A DNA stretch of 64,000 nucleotides from positions 2,601,826-2,665,825 of the forward strand of contig BDGG01000002.1 of NCBI GenBank assembly GCA_001949185.1. Direction: 5' to 3'. How positions within the stretch are numbered: position 1 is the first letter of the stretch; the number at the start of each line of letters is the position of its first letter. Source of the stretch: Ramazzottius varieornatus. Its lineage: Eukaryota; Animalia; Tardigrada. The notes beneath the pieces were generated by a model. It worked only from the letters and a program-made list of their open reading frames with translations, was not told where the DNA came from and did no database searches. The translations under genes were made by a program, and so were the position numbers. Shown here in pieces: positions 48,415-61,251 of the stretch.

Positions 48415-51325
48415 TGCACGCTCCTTACGTCTTTCTTTTCTTTTTCCAACCTCCGTTAGAAACATCTATTTTATTTATTGCAATGCGTAGTTCCCAGCTG
48501 CAGCTGCAGCTGCCGGCGGCATGTGTTCTTTCTTTACCTCGGCCACCTCAGAATCCCTTTGACACTTTTGACATGCGAACAGTCCGTTACCTTTTTTAAC
48601 AGCAATTTTTCGGTCAAGTTGTATGAAAATGCGAGAGAAAATCTGATATCGTTGCATAAATACATTGCTGGACGAGGAGTTTTCCGTCGTCGGACGTACC
48701 CATCTAAGAGTGCTATAGTAAAGTAAAGGGGATGTTCCGTTTTGGTGAGGGTTTCATGGCGGTATCGGTGGCTTCTGCCTTCTGGAAGTAGTATTAGTGG
48801 CAGAAAGGCAAGATACCCAATGAGGAAGAAACAGGTTAGTGGACCTTATTGCATAAGGTCAGCGCGAGAGGCGGAAGCCTTACATGGAATGCGTCGGCGC
48901 GTCGAGCCTTACTATTGGGAAGAAGGAAATACGGGGCAGGTCAAGAGGGCGTGTTGGCGCTGATCTTTCTGCTCTGGCGAACAGCAATTGCATCTTTTGA
49001 GTCGCATAATCTGCCCATCGATTGCCCATACACAAGGTTCCTCCTCGAATGCAACATGCAACAGCCAGTCCTCACCGGAACACTCTCGTTACATTTCGGC
49101 TTTGTTCACGTCACGAAGGACCAGATTAGACAAGTGGGAACTGTAACAGTGTAACTGACAAAAAAGATATCGATCTACAGCCACGTCGTTATATTATCCC
49201 ATTTCCCCGCCGTCACTGGACATTCGTAATGCTTATTTCGGTGCAAACGCACTCACGAGGTCCATTTGTGAACGAATGTCGCGGATAAATTTACGATGGT
49301 AAATGCGGTCTTCGTCGTTGCGAACGCTCATTCAATTATCCTGAGCCGCACGTCATAAAAAGCTAGACTAACTTGCTTTTGACATTAGAACGTAAATGAG
49401 CTGCTTGCGCTTGACGCATGCACAGGTCGGAATGTTCGTAGGGCCCAACATGCTCTTGAATTGTCGACTCCGGTATTCGGCTGGCATTCGAGACATACAC
49501 CACAATATATTTGTAGGAAAATGGTACTATATGATCAAGTGGTCGTTGGTCTCTGTAGGCAGACCCATTGTATTTTGGGTTGAGGGCTATAGCCGGCAAA
49601 TTTCGGATCGTTGCGGATGAGGAGCATGTTCGGACGCGTGAGGATACTTTATTTGGGTAGAGAGCAAGTTTTAATTTTATCAGTTTTTTGTCGTTGTAGT
49701 GGTAGCATTTGCAAACACGGTATCGCAAATTTCAAGAGCCATCTCATAGGGAAATCGATAAGGGACTCTCCCTGTGACCATACATGGCCACATTTGCAAT
49801 GAGCGCGGAGGTCCCTAGGCCTTCAGCCTAAAGAGTGTTCTATGAAGACAAAATCAACATCCAACAGCATAGACACGCCGCAGGACGGTATGATCCGTAC
49901 AAACTACAGCCGAGGCCTCCTTAGCTCCCTGCACATGTCATCCAGGCTAGCGCTCTTGTCCGGGTTCGCTAATGCCGATCAGGGAGAGGGGAAAAGCCAA
50001 TATATCCTGAACAAACGAGATTTTGTCCCAGCCCGGCTCTCAAGCTGTGTCTGTCAAAGGCACTGGTCTCTATCGCATAACATCATCGACAGCCAGTCAG
50101 CCAGCCTTGTACGCATGAGACGGAATGAGGAACGACGATTGACGAAGCTAGCCGGATCGAAGCTGATGTTTAACGCTGCAATGAAGACTATATCCTCCGT
50201 TTCCTCTATTTTTATTGCTTAACGCCATTCTACAGACTGACGCTGTTCGTAAACAACTTGTTTTGTTGTCTGCCGAACCGTCAATCTCGTTTTCCAAGGA
50301 CAGATCACACCTTTGCACCAAGTCCCCTCACAATTTGTCAGATCCTTGAGTGCTCCTGGCCACGATTTCTCATCAATTTTTTCCTTACGCGAGTCTTCCC
50401 TTCCATTTGTTTGCTCTAGGTCCCCAAGCTACTTACGTCCTTCCGGATGGACTTCATGGCTGTAATACCTGAATGATACCTTTCTAACGTTCCCTTTCAT
50501 CCTACTTCCTAGAGATTTTAGATCTGCTCCTTGTACTCAGCGTTCAGCTGCAACAGTCTGTTCTTCCAGCCACAGTGAGACAAGACTCAACACCATACCA
50601 TCGGATATATGTAGAAGGAAACATGTGCTGAAGGAAGCTGATACCATGTGTTTTGTGTTGGTCTTCCCAACACCGATACGTTCATCGTCTGAAGCGGCGT
50701 AATTAAGTCGGTGCTGTCGCAGCTGAGCTACATCTTCCATTTTACAGTCATCCTGACAGATCCTAAACCCTCACCAGCCGAAGACGAGAGCCCACTTGTG
50801 TGGGTTCGTCACTTCCTACTATCAAGAGCGGATTTGTCGCAGAGCGCGGTCTTCAGGGAAGGAAGTAAATAATTTCCCCGGCGTTTTTCTTCAAACTGTC
50901 ACGTACGCGAATTTTTTGCTCCGGTCAACAACATTTAAAAGAAAAGCATACAGAGAAGCTTCACGGTACAATACCTTTTTAAAAACTTTTCCAGAAAAAT
51001 CGATTGTGGATTTCATCGATGCATTATTACTGCGGTTACTTGACTTGTACGCAAGCGACACTGGCAAGAAAGATGCATTTGATGAGGAAAATATATGATC
51101 GCTTTAGTAATTACGTGGAAATATCTTTTGCAGATTCAACTATGAAGATCGGTATGAAAAGAATGCTCCCCTGGGGTGTATCCGTCCAGCCATAAAAAGA
51201 GCGGACTCATCAACTGAAATTTCCATTGCTCGTCATTCTTTCTTTCTGGTTGGGGAGTTCCTCTGGTTATTTATTACGGGAAAGGAAGGAGCGAGTTTGA
51301 GGTTTAGCCGAGCAGCTGGGAGAGA

Positions 51326-52508
51326 ATGTATCCTGATGTATCTAGCCTGCAGCGGATATTACTTTGCACAAGTGTACTACTCCTGTCGCTGGCAAAATGT
51401 AGGTTTGTACAAGGTTTGAGCGTCACTTTACATGCCGTCTACCAACTCTACCCAACGCAACTAATGAATTTGTTGACGTCCGGGCTTCTGTACTTGTCTC
51501 TTATCCGTGGTAATTTAGAGCCATGCAGTTGCGCATGGCTGATCGTTCCATCCTCATAGTCGAGGACACATCCCACGCTATCCAGCTGTCATTCATTTTC
51601 GTAGCACACAGATGTCAAAAAAGTGGCGGTAGATAAACCTTGCTCAAGAAGAAACATGTGTAGAAAAATGGCAATACAAGCTAAGCACCGCTGGATAACC
51701 GAAAATCCGTGACAATCCATCAATCAAAATGATCACGCAAGAGAAATTTCACGCAAACTTTGAGCTTCTGGGAGATGTCAAAGGTTACTTCCGACTGTTT
51801 GCGTCTAAGTTGGAGCTTTTTTTTGTTGCAGATTCCAGGCAGATCGACTGTTATGTTTGCTCATCTTTTTCGGAAAGTGATCCACTGTGCGAGGATCCCT
51901 TTGATCCCATCGCTAGCCACCATGCACCTGCTGCACAGTCCGCCACCTACAACTACCATGGCCAGAGCATCACGCCCTCCAACGGATCCTACCTTTATCT
52001 ACAGCGTGGCTGTTATGGCGCAAGGAAAGCGCGACTGACGGCCTTCCCCGCCACCGCTTGTTTGAAGCTAGCCGGATACTTTAGTAAGAAATTTAATCGT
52101 ATTTTGCAGTTGCAAACTTTTTGTGAGGCCCATCCGAGGTACCGTTGCACTAATTGTAAGAGATAACACAACGTTAAAAAAAGGCCACTTTGACGGTTCT
52201 GGTTCGCTTTAACAAATAAATCCCTTTTCTCAGCGGATACCGGGGATAGGATGGTGGTTCGTGCCTGTGCCTTGGACGGAGGAAGCCTGACCAGTGACAC
52301 CGAGATAGTACGGCAGAACCACTGTGGAGGTTTCTTCCTAAACGAGCGATATGTGCGTGGCTGTCTGGAAGCCTGTTTCACAGATGGATGCAACCGCTCC
52401 AGCCGCAGCGCATCCCAATTATCTTTCTATACCTTACTGCTGATTTCATGGATGATAACCGGCGCTTATCTTCATCATGGACCATTAACGCCCCTGTGTC
52501 CTTTATAG
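51326..52508 (+). CDS. Ly6/uPAR three-finger protein (quiver/sleepless-like), predicted GPI anchor; exons 51326-51398, 51832-52083, 52234-52508
   Basis: Signal peptide, IDCYVCSS...CEDPF, FPATACLK, VVRACALDGGSLTSDTEIVR..HCG, GCLEACFTDGCN, then a hydrophobic tail. Confidence 0.85.
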
Positions 52509-53451
52509 TCCATTACGTAGCCCTTACGTACCACACCCACTTCTATGGCGCACGTCCTGCGGTGTGCAATTGTCCTCGACCAAACCCCGGAATTCGATTT
52601 TGGCCTCCAAACACCGCGCTCATTTTCCATAAAGGCTGTTCACATAACTAAGAAATGTCAACCAAAAGATCAAAGACAGGAATCACCACTTCCGACTCAA
52701 AGGTCTCTTACTCTGAATGGAGAAACCAGATTAGCTTCAAGGCACGACCATCCTCCAATATTTCGTTCTAAAGCGTCCACCGCCAACCGGTCTGGGGCAA
52801 TAGTATCCACGTGACGGCCTTATCTAAATTTCCGCCCGGAATCCATGACTCTCGATCGGTAAAAGCCTCCTTTCTATTGTTCCTTTACGTTTCTACCTGG
52901 GTTTGAAAAGTGACCCCCGAAGTCAGCTATAGAACGTCCGAGAATAGACAGGCACGGAATGAAAACCGGCAGATAACAAGAATCGATTAGCAAAAATTAA
53001 TCTGCGCATGCGGTGGTGCTGCATAAAATCCGGGTCCATCACAGCACGGAAAGATGATCCCACCATATGCTGCGCACCTCCCATAATGAACTACTGGATA
53101 GGAGATCGCCAAGCGGAAGCGGTTAACGAGAGCAACGTTTTCCTGAAAAAGCGATCGCCATTTTTTCGAAAGAAAAACAAAGAGACCTCTCACGCAGGTC
53201 TCACAGCCGTACCTTGTTCTGTAATCTTCTTCAATTACGCACTTTGGAAAAAGATTGATGTTGTGATAAGCAGGTCTTACTCGATAACATCTAGAGTAAC
53301 TACTCGTTATCAATGCTGTTCTACGTGATGGGAAAAATGATGATTACTGTTTATCAGATTTCTTTTCTAATAATGCGGATCATGAATGTGTATAATGAAT
53401 AGAATGTGGATTGATGCGGATGGAGTATGCTTGCTAATGAGGATGTCTCAC

Positions 53452-54508
53452 TCAGACTTCCAGACAGGTTAGGCTTTCGACATCGCTTTCCGGTACTCGC
53501 TTAGATATCTGCTCACCTTCTCCGTTGGCGCACCAACAGCGTCCTTTGTCGCATTGCTTGGCTTTAAAGGTCCCGTCAGCGTTGCACTGGGGTGCGTACC
53601 GATTTGGCACTATAATAACAGCAGTTCGTCAACAAGTACAGTACAGTATCAGTCAAATTGGAGACTCGCATAGGGAACTCGAATCACCCGAAAAAAAGGT
53701 GGGTTGAATAAAGGCAGGTAGAAATAGGCTACCTACGTCGGCTGATCTTCGCCTCGTACCACTGACGAGGGCATTTGCACGCAGTTACGTGAGGCCCAAC
53801 GTATTCTTTGATGATGACATCGTTCTTCATCATGCACGAGGTGATCTTTGTTTCTGGGTTGTATTGCTTGACAGCGTACGTGAAGTCTGTGTCGCACCGG
53901 TGGATATAACCTCCGAAATCTGTAACAGATGGAGAGCTCATCGATGTAAACGTGCAATTCTCACGGCCCAGATCATGGCAGGGTAGTTGACTTACTTCCG
54001 CTTTGGAATTTTTCAAATCGTCTTCGTGGACAGTTGCAGTCAGCATAAAAGTCCAGCGATCGTTGTGGTGATACCAGCATTATTCCTTCTTTCGAGACAC
54101 AGAACTTCAAACCGAGTTTATGGTTGAACTGGACAGGCGCGTATGATCCATCTGGCTCACATCTGGGCGTGTATGATAGTTTGGTGGCGCCATCTGCTTG
54201 GAGCTTGGCCGCATGCTCAGTGCAGTTTCCTGTCAAAAACCGGAAAAGAAAATCCGTCAGGACAAAGTTATATTTGGAGACGTAAAGATGATAAAGCATC
54301 CGCTTGAAAATTTCTGCAGACGAACGCAAGATGGGACGATACATTCCACTTACTTCCCTTCACTGGACCCAGCGGTACTTGTACAGCATCACTGCTTATG
54401 CTGAACAGGACCTGTAACTCATACGAGGAAAATCAGTTTTTCAAAAGCATCAAATATGAAACCGGAACCCACCAGAAAACAAATCAGCAGTAAAACTATG
54501 GTCTCCAT
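53452..54508 (-). CDS. Secreted protein with three thyroglobulin type-1 domains (equistatin/thyropin-like), about 5 exons
   Basis: Signal METIVLLLICFL; YTPRCEPDGSYAPVQ...FCVSKEG; YIHRCDTDFTYAVKQ; last exon YAPQCNADGTFKAKQCDKGRCWCANGEGEQI...LTCLEV*. Confidence 0.85.
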
Positions 54509-55073
54509 TCTCCTCGCTCCAGTTCCACTTTGTGTCTCCAGCATAGGCACATACCCAGAACGTCCATCATGCGGTTGGAAGAAGCATGGTTTGCAGTAGC
54601 GATCGACACTAAAGTTGTCCGCCACTAGGAAGGTCAAAGTTCAAAACATATCAGACGCAGATCTACTGCGAAATCGGTTGAGTGAGATGTGCTGCGGGTT
54701 CCATTCTTACAGGTCGCTGTGAGGTCGACAATAAGACTTCGGTCCACGTATCTTTATCGTTAGTATACTGCCAATAAGCGTATACTGTACCACTTTGATC
54801 ACGGTAAACTGCCCAGGTCCACGTCTGCACCCACACCATGGCTGGATACGTCATTCATTGTCAGACTGCTGTTCGATGTGGCACTACAGCTATCTTGCAG
54901 CAAGGAACCTTGCATCCCAGCAATTCTCTCTCTGTGCGAAAGGATTACTTAAGTTGTTACGAAGAAAGATAAATTTTTACCGTTAAATATTAGCTTTTTT
55001 CCACCGCGGTGAAAGACGGTGAAAAGTTTGAATTTAATAAATAAAGCAGAAGTACGAATCAAGTCCCGTGAGG

Positions 55074-55121
55074 CATGAGCTGCTGGCACATGGCAGACAT
55101 GAGCTGCTGGCACATGGCAGA
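55074..55121. repeat. 24-bp tandem duplication
   Basis: CATGAGCTGCTGGCACATGGCAGA repeated twice. Confidence 0.9.
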
Positions 55122-56952
55122 AACAATCAGACGTCTATTTTGTCGCAATTTGGCCGTTATTAGAGCCGTAAATCCTCAACCCTCCAAACCCTCTACAGCA
55201 ATAATTCTCTCTTCTCTACTGCGTCACAGGCAGTGGCGCGTATTAAAGAATGTACGAAGAGCTGCAAAGCTTTTTCTAGAGATGCAAACAAACGTAGAAA
55301 AAAGCCAAAGATTTCGCTCGAAAGCACGGCCAGTTCTCACATGACTGTGATGACGCATATGTTTGCTATTCGCAAACCACCTACTATCACGCGTCAGCGT
55401 GTCGAAACCCGCATTGTGACGTACTAAAGAAGTGACGAGTATCACTGTACTGCTTTTTTGGGTAAACTTACATATATGTTTGCTCTATTCATGTTCACAG
55501 CACAGGCTGAACAAGTTGGCCGCTGGCTTTGGTTATGGATAAGTTTCTGACCTTCCGAAAAACCAAGAACTTTTTTTCCACCGCAATGAAAACGGCTAGT
55601 GCTTAATGGTGAAACACGTTTAAAAACATTTACCGGATGTATTTTTTTCACCGTAACAACTCCAGCCAGAACGACTGTCCGCAGTATATGTAGGTGGAAG
55701 GCAGTCGGTGAAGGGGTTTCATCTATCTTCTGAATTTGAAGAACTTCCCACCGCGCCCTTCTCAGAGAAAACCTTTTTTCGAAGAGGGTTTATTTACGTT
55801 CCTAAAGTTTGACACAATGGTTGAGCGTCCCAATACAACCCGAGGCGGCCAAGTGACTACCACATATAAACTTAGAGCATCTTCGACCGGGTTTTTGCGC
55901 AACTTCGAAACTGATTTTCTTTGGTCCAGAATTCTTTTTGCAACCTCCTAAAGAATAACTGGTTAGAAATCTGCCCGGTGGAAGTCGAAATCGGCGTGAC
56001 ACCAGACATGGTGAACAGTGGAAACTGCAAACAACTTTCGTGGTTTTCGGAGTCCATTTCCAAAATTCATTTCTGAGTTTGCAATTGACGGCCTGCGGTG
56101 ACCTTATTTAAAACAAATAGAAAACGGACCTCGCCACATGGAAAATTGTTGAAAGCACGAATCAACCGTTTGAGGCAAGAGCAGCAATTTTTGCCGCAAA
56201 GGGGCATTTCCCGGTAAAATGGCCAAATTTAACAGTTTTAATTTTCTTGCCAAGTTGGTTTGGCTATTTCATGGTATTATTTAGTTTCAAATTACAAGCT
56301 TGATAGTCTCACGTGCGTTAAAATCAAGCTGGGGCTTCATAACTGAATACGGAATTTTAAAGGTATGGTTTTAGTCATGAAAAGGTATTTTCTCCACCGG
56401 AAGTCACCCCGATCAACTTTCCCAAACTATTTCTTAACAGATGTGAATCAGCTTTATTTCAGTGGAAATAGCTTGAAAATTTCTTTGAGATGCGTGGAGG
56501 AGCAGACGATAAGACGTAAACTGATCTTTTGATAGCGCTTTGATCAAGTGGTAGACACTTGGCCGCCTCAGGCTGTACATCGTTTGACGTCAGGTAACAG
56601 CTTGCCATGCTGTGGATCGGTATCTTTAGCTTTTTTCTACGTTTGTTTGACCACTGGAAGTAAGCTCTGATGTATTCCAGAAGTGAGAATTATCACTGTA
56701 CTTGACGTTTGTGGCGCCCTCCACCTTGTAAACATAATACGAAACTCTTCCATTCTACAGATATCGGATGTCGCGAAAACGATCGGATTCCTGCTAGGTA
56801 CTTGACTCAGCTCCTCGACCATTGCAGCAAAGCCACCTGGTCGTATGACAAGAATAAGCTACAGGTGAAGCAGGCCCCAGACCGGGACTATTATACATCT
56901 TAGATCAATTCGAAAACAGTAAAAGATTCTTAAGATATTTAACTAAGTATGG

Positions 56953-59536
56953 TTACGAAGATTGTTCAAGAGGGATCCAGCTGGGATAAAAGTAATCCTC
57001 CCGGCTGATCTGTTTCTCCATATCACTGCCTTTCTTAGGCCAATCTTTGTAATAATACACCTCTTTGGCATCGCTCAAGTACGCCGCCCACCATCCGAAA
57101 GTACCAACGCTCAGGATAATATGATCCGCTAGAGAGATGATGGCCATGTCTACCGCAGCTGGTTCCTTGTTATTGTCCATGACGACAAAGTTTGGTCCTT
57201 TGAAGAGATCTCTACAGTATGGGACGTCGTTACTGATCACGAGGAAGATTGCTGGTGAGTATTTCTGCGAAAGCAGTGAGGAAGTCCGTAGTAGGTACTC
57301 TTTCGTCGCGGGTTTGTGACCGAAACGCATTTGGCCGTCATCGCTCGCTATATCGCCCCTTCTTACGTGGATGGCGATCAATGTAGGTCGCGTTTTCTGG
57401 TCGCTGAAAATCCTGTCGGCCTTATCAATGGAAAGATGTGTGTAATAGTCTTCCAGACCTTCTCGGATCTTCGCGAGGCTGGTCTCGAAGATAGTTTTCG
57501 AGAAGGTAAACAGCATTCGGATGTCGTTTCGACAGTGGTCAAAGTACTTCCACGATTGCATATAACCTGCCAGAATAACGTTGCGTAACCCTTTGACCGC
57601 TGTTACATTTTCCATCTTTGGGGTGTACTTCATGGCAGAGATCTCCTCGAAGTTGTACTCATCTGAACTTGAGCTGGAGTCAGATCCGAGGAAGTTTGCT
57701 GGGGTCACGTGGTCGATTCCCAAGTGGACAAAATTGCCTTCCATTTTGTACGGTGCTGTCGAGCAGAGATAAATTTAGTTCGATAAAACCACACCTATCG
57801 TTGCCCCATGCAACTTTGCAGCCCAGGATATTTACGACTGAAATTTCACAAATGATCGGGATAGCGTAGTAAGACTTTAAAAGCTTAGCACTTAGAAGAC
57901 CACGCAATTCCGAGCTCTGGGAGTACAAGGGGGTAGTTCACCTTCCCCAATTTTTAACTGGCCGAAACCACGGGGTAGGGTCAGATCGAGCCAATCACCA
58001 CATGTACGCTTCGCATTTTTCGAGTAAAATGCGCTATCAAGTGAACCAAAGTACCAGACCTTTTCAACTTGCTCTGACCACTGGTCACACAGCATGAAAC
58101 ATACTGGAGCGTCTAAGACGGTACCAATGTACTAGCTTTGTGTCCAATTTTTAACACTTTCAGCACGATCGTTTTCATGTTTGCAGAATACTACCGTCCA
58201 CTTTGTGGATACAGGAATTTTATTGGCCGGTACCGTGATGCGGAGGCTGGTCCAACAAATAGGCAATGTTCGAAATTTCAGAATTCGCATAATTGGCAGG
58301 CCATGAACGCCAAATCTCAAAAGTGGGAACTTCTCGTCTTGATTTTCTTCTGACCGCGCTGATGACTACAAAATTTATCCCAGGCTCGGCTTCGATAGAT
58401 AAGACTGTCCCCAGTGCTCCAGTTTTTTCTAAGCGAATACCGTGCACGTGTCTCGCACGAAGAGAGGAACCACCAAATTTAACCAAAACCACCCGAAACC
58501 GTAGAAAAAATTTCCAGCGTGCTGGGGTTTTGCTGTCCGCTGGTCATTAGTGTTGCTTTGGTGAGAAGACCGAGGTATATGCAAACAAAAAGACCCAGAC
58601 CCAAAAGACCAAAATTTGAAACTGGGAGGTGAATAAAACTGAGTGACTGTATACACAAAGAGGACGGTCGTACGCAGAGTGTTAATGATGCTTTCCGTCA
58701 GCCAGCTCTTGAGTAAAAATTTGGCCTGTCAACTCAAGACACAATCTGGTCAAAAACGAAATAGCCTCTCGAAATTCTCAGAAAGCTGCTAGCCAGTTCA
58801 AATCTTTTTCAACTGGAAGCGACAAAGTTTCCGAAAGCAAACGTGATCTGAGACGGAAAGGTTCAACAGTAGCCATTCCGCAAAGCCATTCCTTTTGGGG
58901 TGCGCCAGGCAACCGGGGTACCCCCTTGGTCTTTTAAGTGTGAAACCTGGCAAAACTACCGTGAACAAACTTACCTAGAAGAACCATTTTACGGCGATTC
59001 ATCTTGGCCACTCCCCAAGTGCTAGCAACCATGAACATGAAGTTTCCAAGTCCACCTTGGAGGATAGCATGGCTCAGTAACAAGGAATCCTTGTCTTCCG
59101 TCAGATTCTTCATATGGTCAGTGGCTTTCTTCAGCCTGTCGGACACCACGCTCTCCAGGTGTTTCATTAAATCTGACAAAGCATCCGCGGAAGTATCGAA
59201 TGTTTCAGGATGGAATGCTGCAGCGATTACTGTGCTGTTGGGTGTGGAGGAAGAGACGCTGCTACTGGCGACAGAGAATGAACTGTCTAAGGTGTTGGTC
59301 GACGCGAAGATATTTATGAAAGAAGGTATAGCGACTTTGGCTAAGAAGGACTCAACGTCGTCTAAAATCCACAAAGTAGTTCCGATCAACAAACAAGTTA
59401 GAGCGACGATTACCGCGGATCGGCACCATCGACTTCCGGGTAATCTAGAGAGCCGTGGGGGAGACGGGAGGTCCACATCATTGTTCAGCAGAACATATCC
59501 ATCTTGGTTTCCCAATACGGAAGCCTTGCTCGCCAT
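56953..59536 (-). CDS. Alpha-1,2-fucosyltransferase (GT11), type II membrane protein; exons ~59536-58975 and 57755-56953
   Basis: TM and stem region, GGLGN.MF, GYMQSWKYF, IAIHVRRGD, SNDVPYC, DMAIISLADHIILSVGTFGWWAAYL, DYFYPSWI. Confidence 0.9.
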
Positions 59537-60063
59537 TGAGGCTTTCCAAAAGTTTTATCCTAACATTCCATGAACTCTCAGGCCACCGGCAAGGCCACGT
59601 TTACAGTGCACGTCTGCGACTAGTTTGATGAATTATTAACAAGTAGTATACTGCTCTTATCGGTGAGCTCTTGCTTATCGCCGATATTCGGACTGTAAAT
59701 ACTGTCCCTCCTCAAAGATACACCGGCCACCTGGTTGAGCGAATGTAGAGTCTCGATAAGTCCGCCGTTTGGATAAAACACCGAAATCACTGATTACGTT
59801 ACCTCTACTGTAAACAATAGAGCATGCTGCCCTCCCAAACCTCACTACCTATGAGTAAAGGCTCGTGGACGAAATATTATGGCTCTCAGTTTTTTTAATT
59901 CTATTCGGATAGGATTACTGAAACCCGTTTCACGTACACCACAGAAGTCGGACAAGGGAAACGAGTGTCAGAAAATAGGAAAAACTCTAGAATGAGTTGC
60001 AGATAATCCGCGTTGTAATAGAATTATTTCGGAGTCTTGTTCTCCTGTGTCGACATAATATCA

Positions 60064-61251
60064 TCATCTTTCCGCGTCCACAGATTCTTTAGTCGAAGGC
60101 CTGAGTTCAATGGCCGGTAGCGGTGTTACAGTTCCCAAACTGATAGCGAGCTGCCGACCTCTGCGTGAGCACAGCCGTCGTCGTAGTTCCGAATCCAGAA
60201 ACAGAAAGACAAGCGGGTTGATCGTGCAACCTGCAACACAATAGGGCTGAAATTGATCCTCACTCGGTGTTCTGCAGGACTGTGCTCTTTTGGACTTACC
60301 AATCCACACCCAATAGGTGAATCCCACACCAACCATCGACTGTAGTCCTTTGAGATTTTTCACGGCAAGCCCGTACACCGAATTGGGCACAAAACAAGTT
60401 AGAAAGACCATACACAAGATAAATGCCGTGCGGGTGGCACGAAGGTCCACGCGCGTTGCATGGGCTCGTCGCCCACGATCACGAACCATCTGAATCACGG
60501 TTACAGCTCTGGATCCCCGCAACGCTTTGGCTGATCTTTTGGCATGTTTGGTCAGGCGACGCCTCGATAAATATGTGTGGAGAACGATCACAGCGTATGC
60601 CGACAACGTAATGGAAAACGGTACGAAAGAGTAACCAACTTTATACGCCAGTTGGTAAATCGGATTTAAGGTTGTGAAAACGCAGCGGTTTACAGCTGAC
60701 AAACCAAAATCACCCCCTACATGAAAGAGCGCAGGAAGAAACAGGCCTGCAGGAAGAACCCAGCTCAAAGCCAGAAGAAAGTACGTGACCTTCGGGGACT
60801 TGACCGAAGGACACTGGCTTGCGAACACGACGGCAAAGAGACGGCTGACGGCAATTGCGCTGTGTGAGAAAGCGCAAACGCCGATGAGCGTGAAATACGA
60901 GAAGGCTTGGAAGCGACAGAAGGGAAGAAGGTCCGCTGTGCCCATGATGTTGTGTACTGGGTGCAGTTGAGTGTGGATGGAGACGGGAAGAATCAGTGCC
61001 GAAAAGAGGAAGGTGGCAACGCATAGGGATACGATCAAGACATTCATGGCAAAGGAAGATGAGGGGGATCCAGCTAATACAGGCTTGGCATTACCCTTGC
61101 AGATAGAGTAGATACTGTAAAGCGAACCTGACGCACCCACGATGACCAGGAGGATAGTGGCGTATCCAAACGGCACTGACCACAGTGGAGACTCCGCCAC
61201 GATGAACCTTGCATTGGATAACGTTCCCCAAAACGTTCTGTTAGATTCCAT
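60064..61251 (-). CDS. Orphan rhodopsin-like (class A) GPCR; a short in-frame intron near 60234-60299 is likely
   Basis: Seven hydrophobic segments, FCRFQAF (TM3 Cys), IAVSRL, SWVLP, CFVPN and INPLVF; GTAAGT...TTGCAG interrupts TM7. Confidence 0.85.
   Translation of the reverse strand: MESNRTFWGTLSNARFIVAESPLWSVPFGYATILLVIVGASGSLYSIYSICKGNAKPVLAGSPSSSFAMNVLIVSLCVATFLFSALILPVSIHTQLHPVHNIMGTADLLPFCRFQAFSYFTLIGVCAFSHSAIAVSRLFAVVFASQCPSVKSPKVTYFLLALSWVLPAGLFLPALFHVGGDFGLSAVNRCVFTTLNPIYQLAYKVGYSFVPFSITLSAYAVIVLHTYLSRRRLTKHAKRSAKALRGSRAVTVIQMVRDRGRRAHATRVDLRATRTAFILCMVFLTCFVPNSVYGLAVKNLKGLQSMVGVGFTYWVWIGKSKRAQSCRTPSEDQFQPYCVAGCTINPLVFLFLDSELRRRLCSRRGRQLAISLGTVTPLPAIELRPSTKESVDAER

Noticed and set aside
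48700-51200. Scattered ORFs between malectin and the Ly6 gene
   Set aside because: No family could be recognised; possibly old decayed sequence.
57926-58928. Possible element in the fucosyltransferase intron (CAAGGGGGTA...TACCCCCTTG)
   Set aside because: Only a 10-bp inverted match and no target-site duplication.
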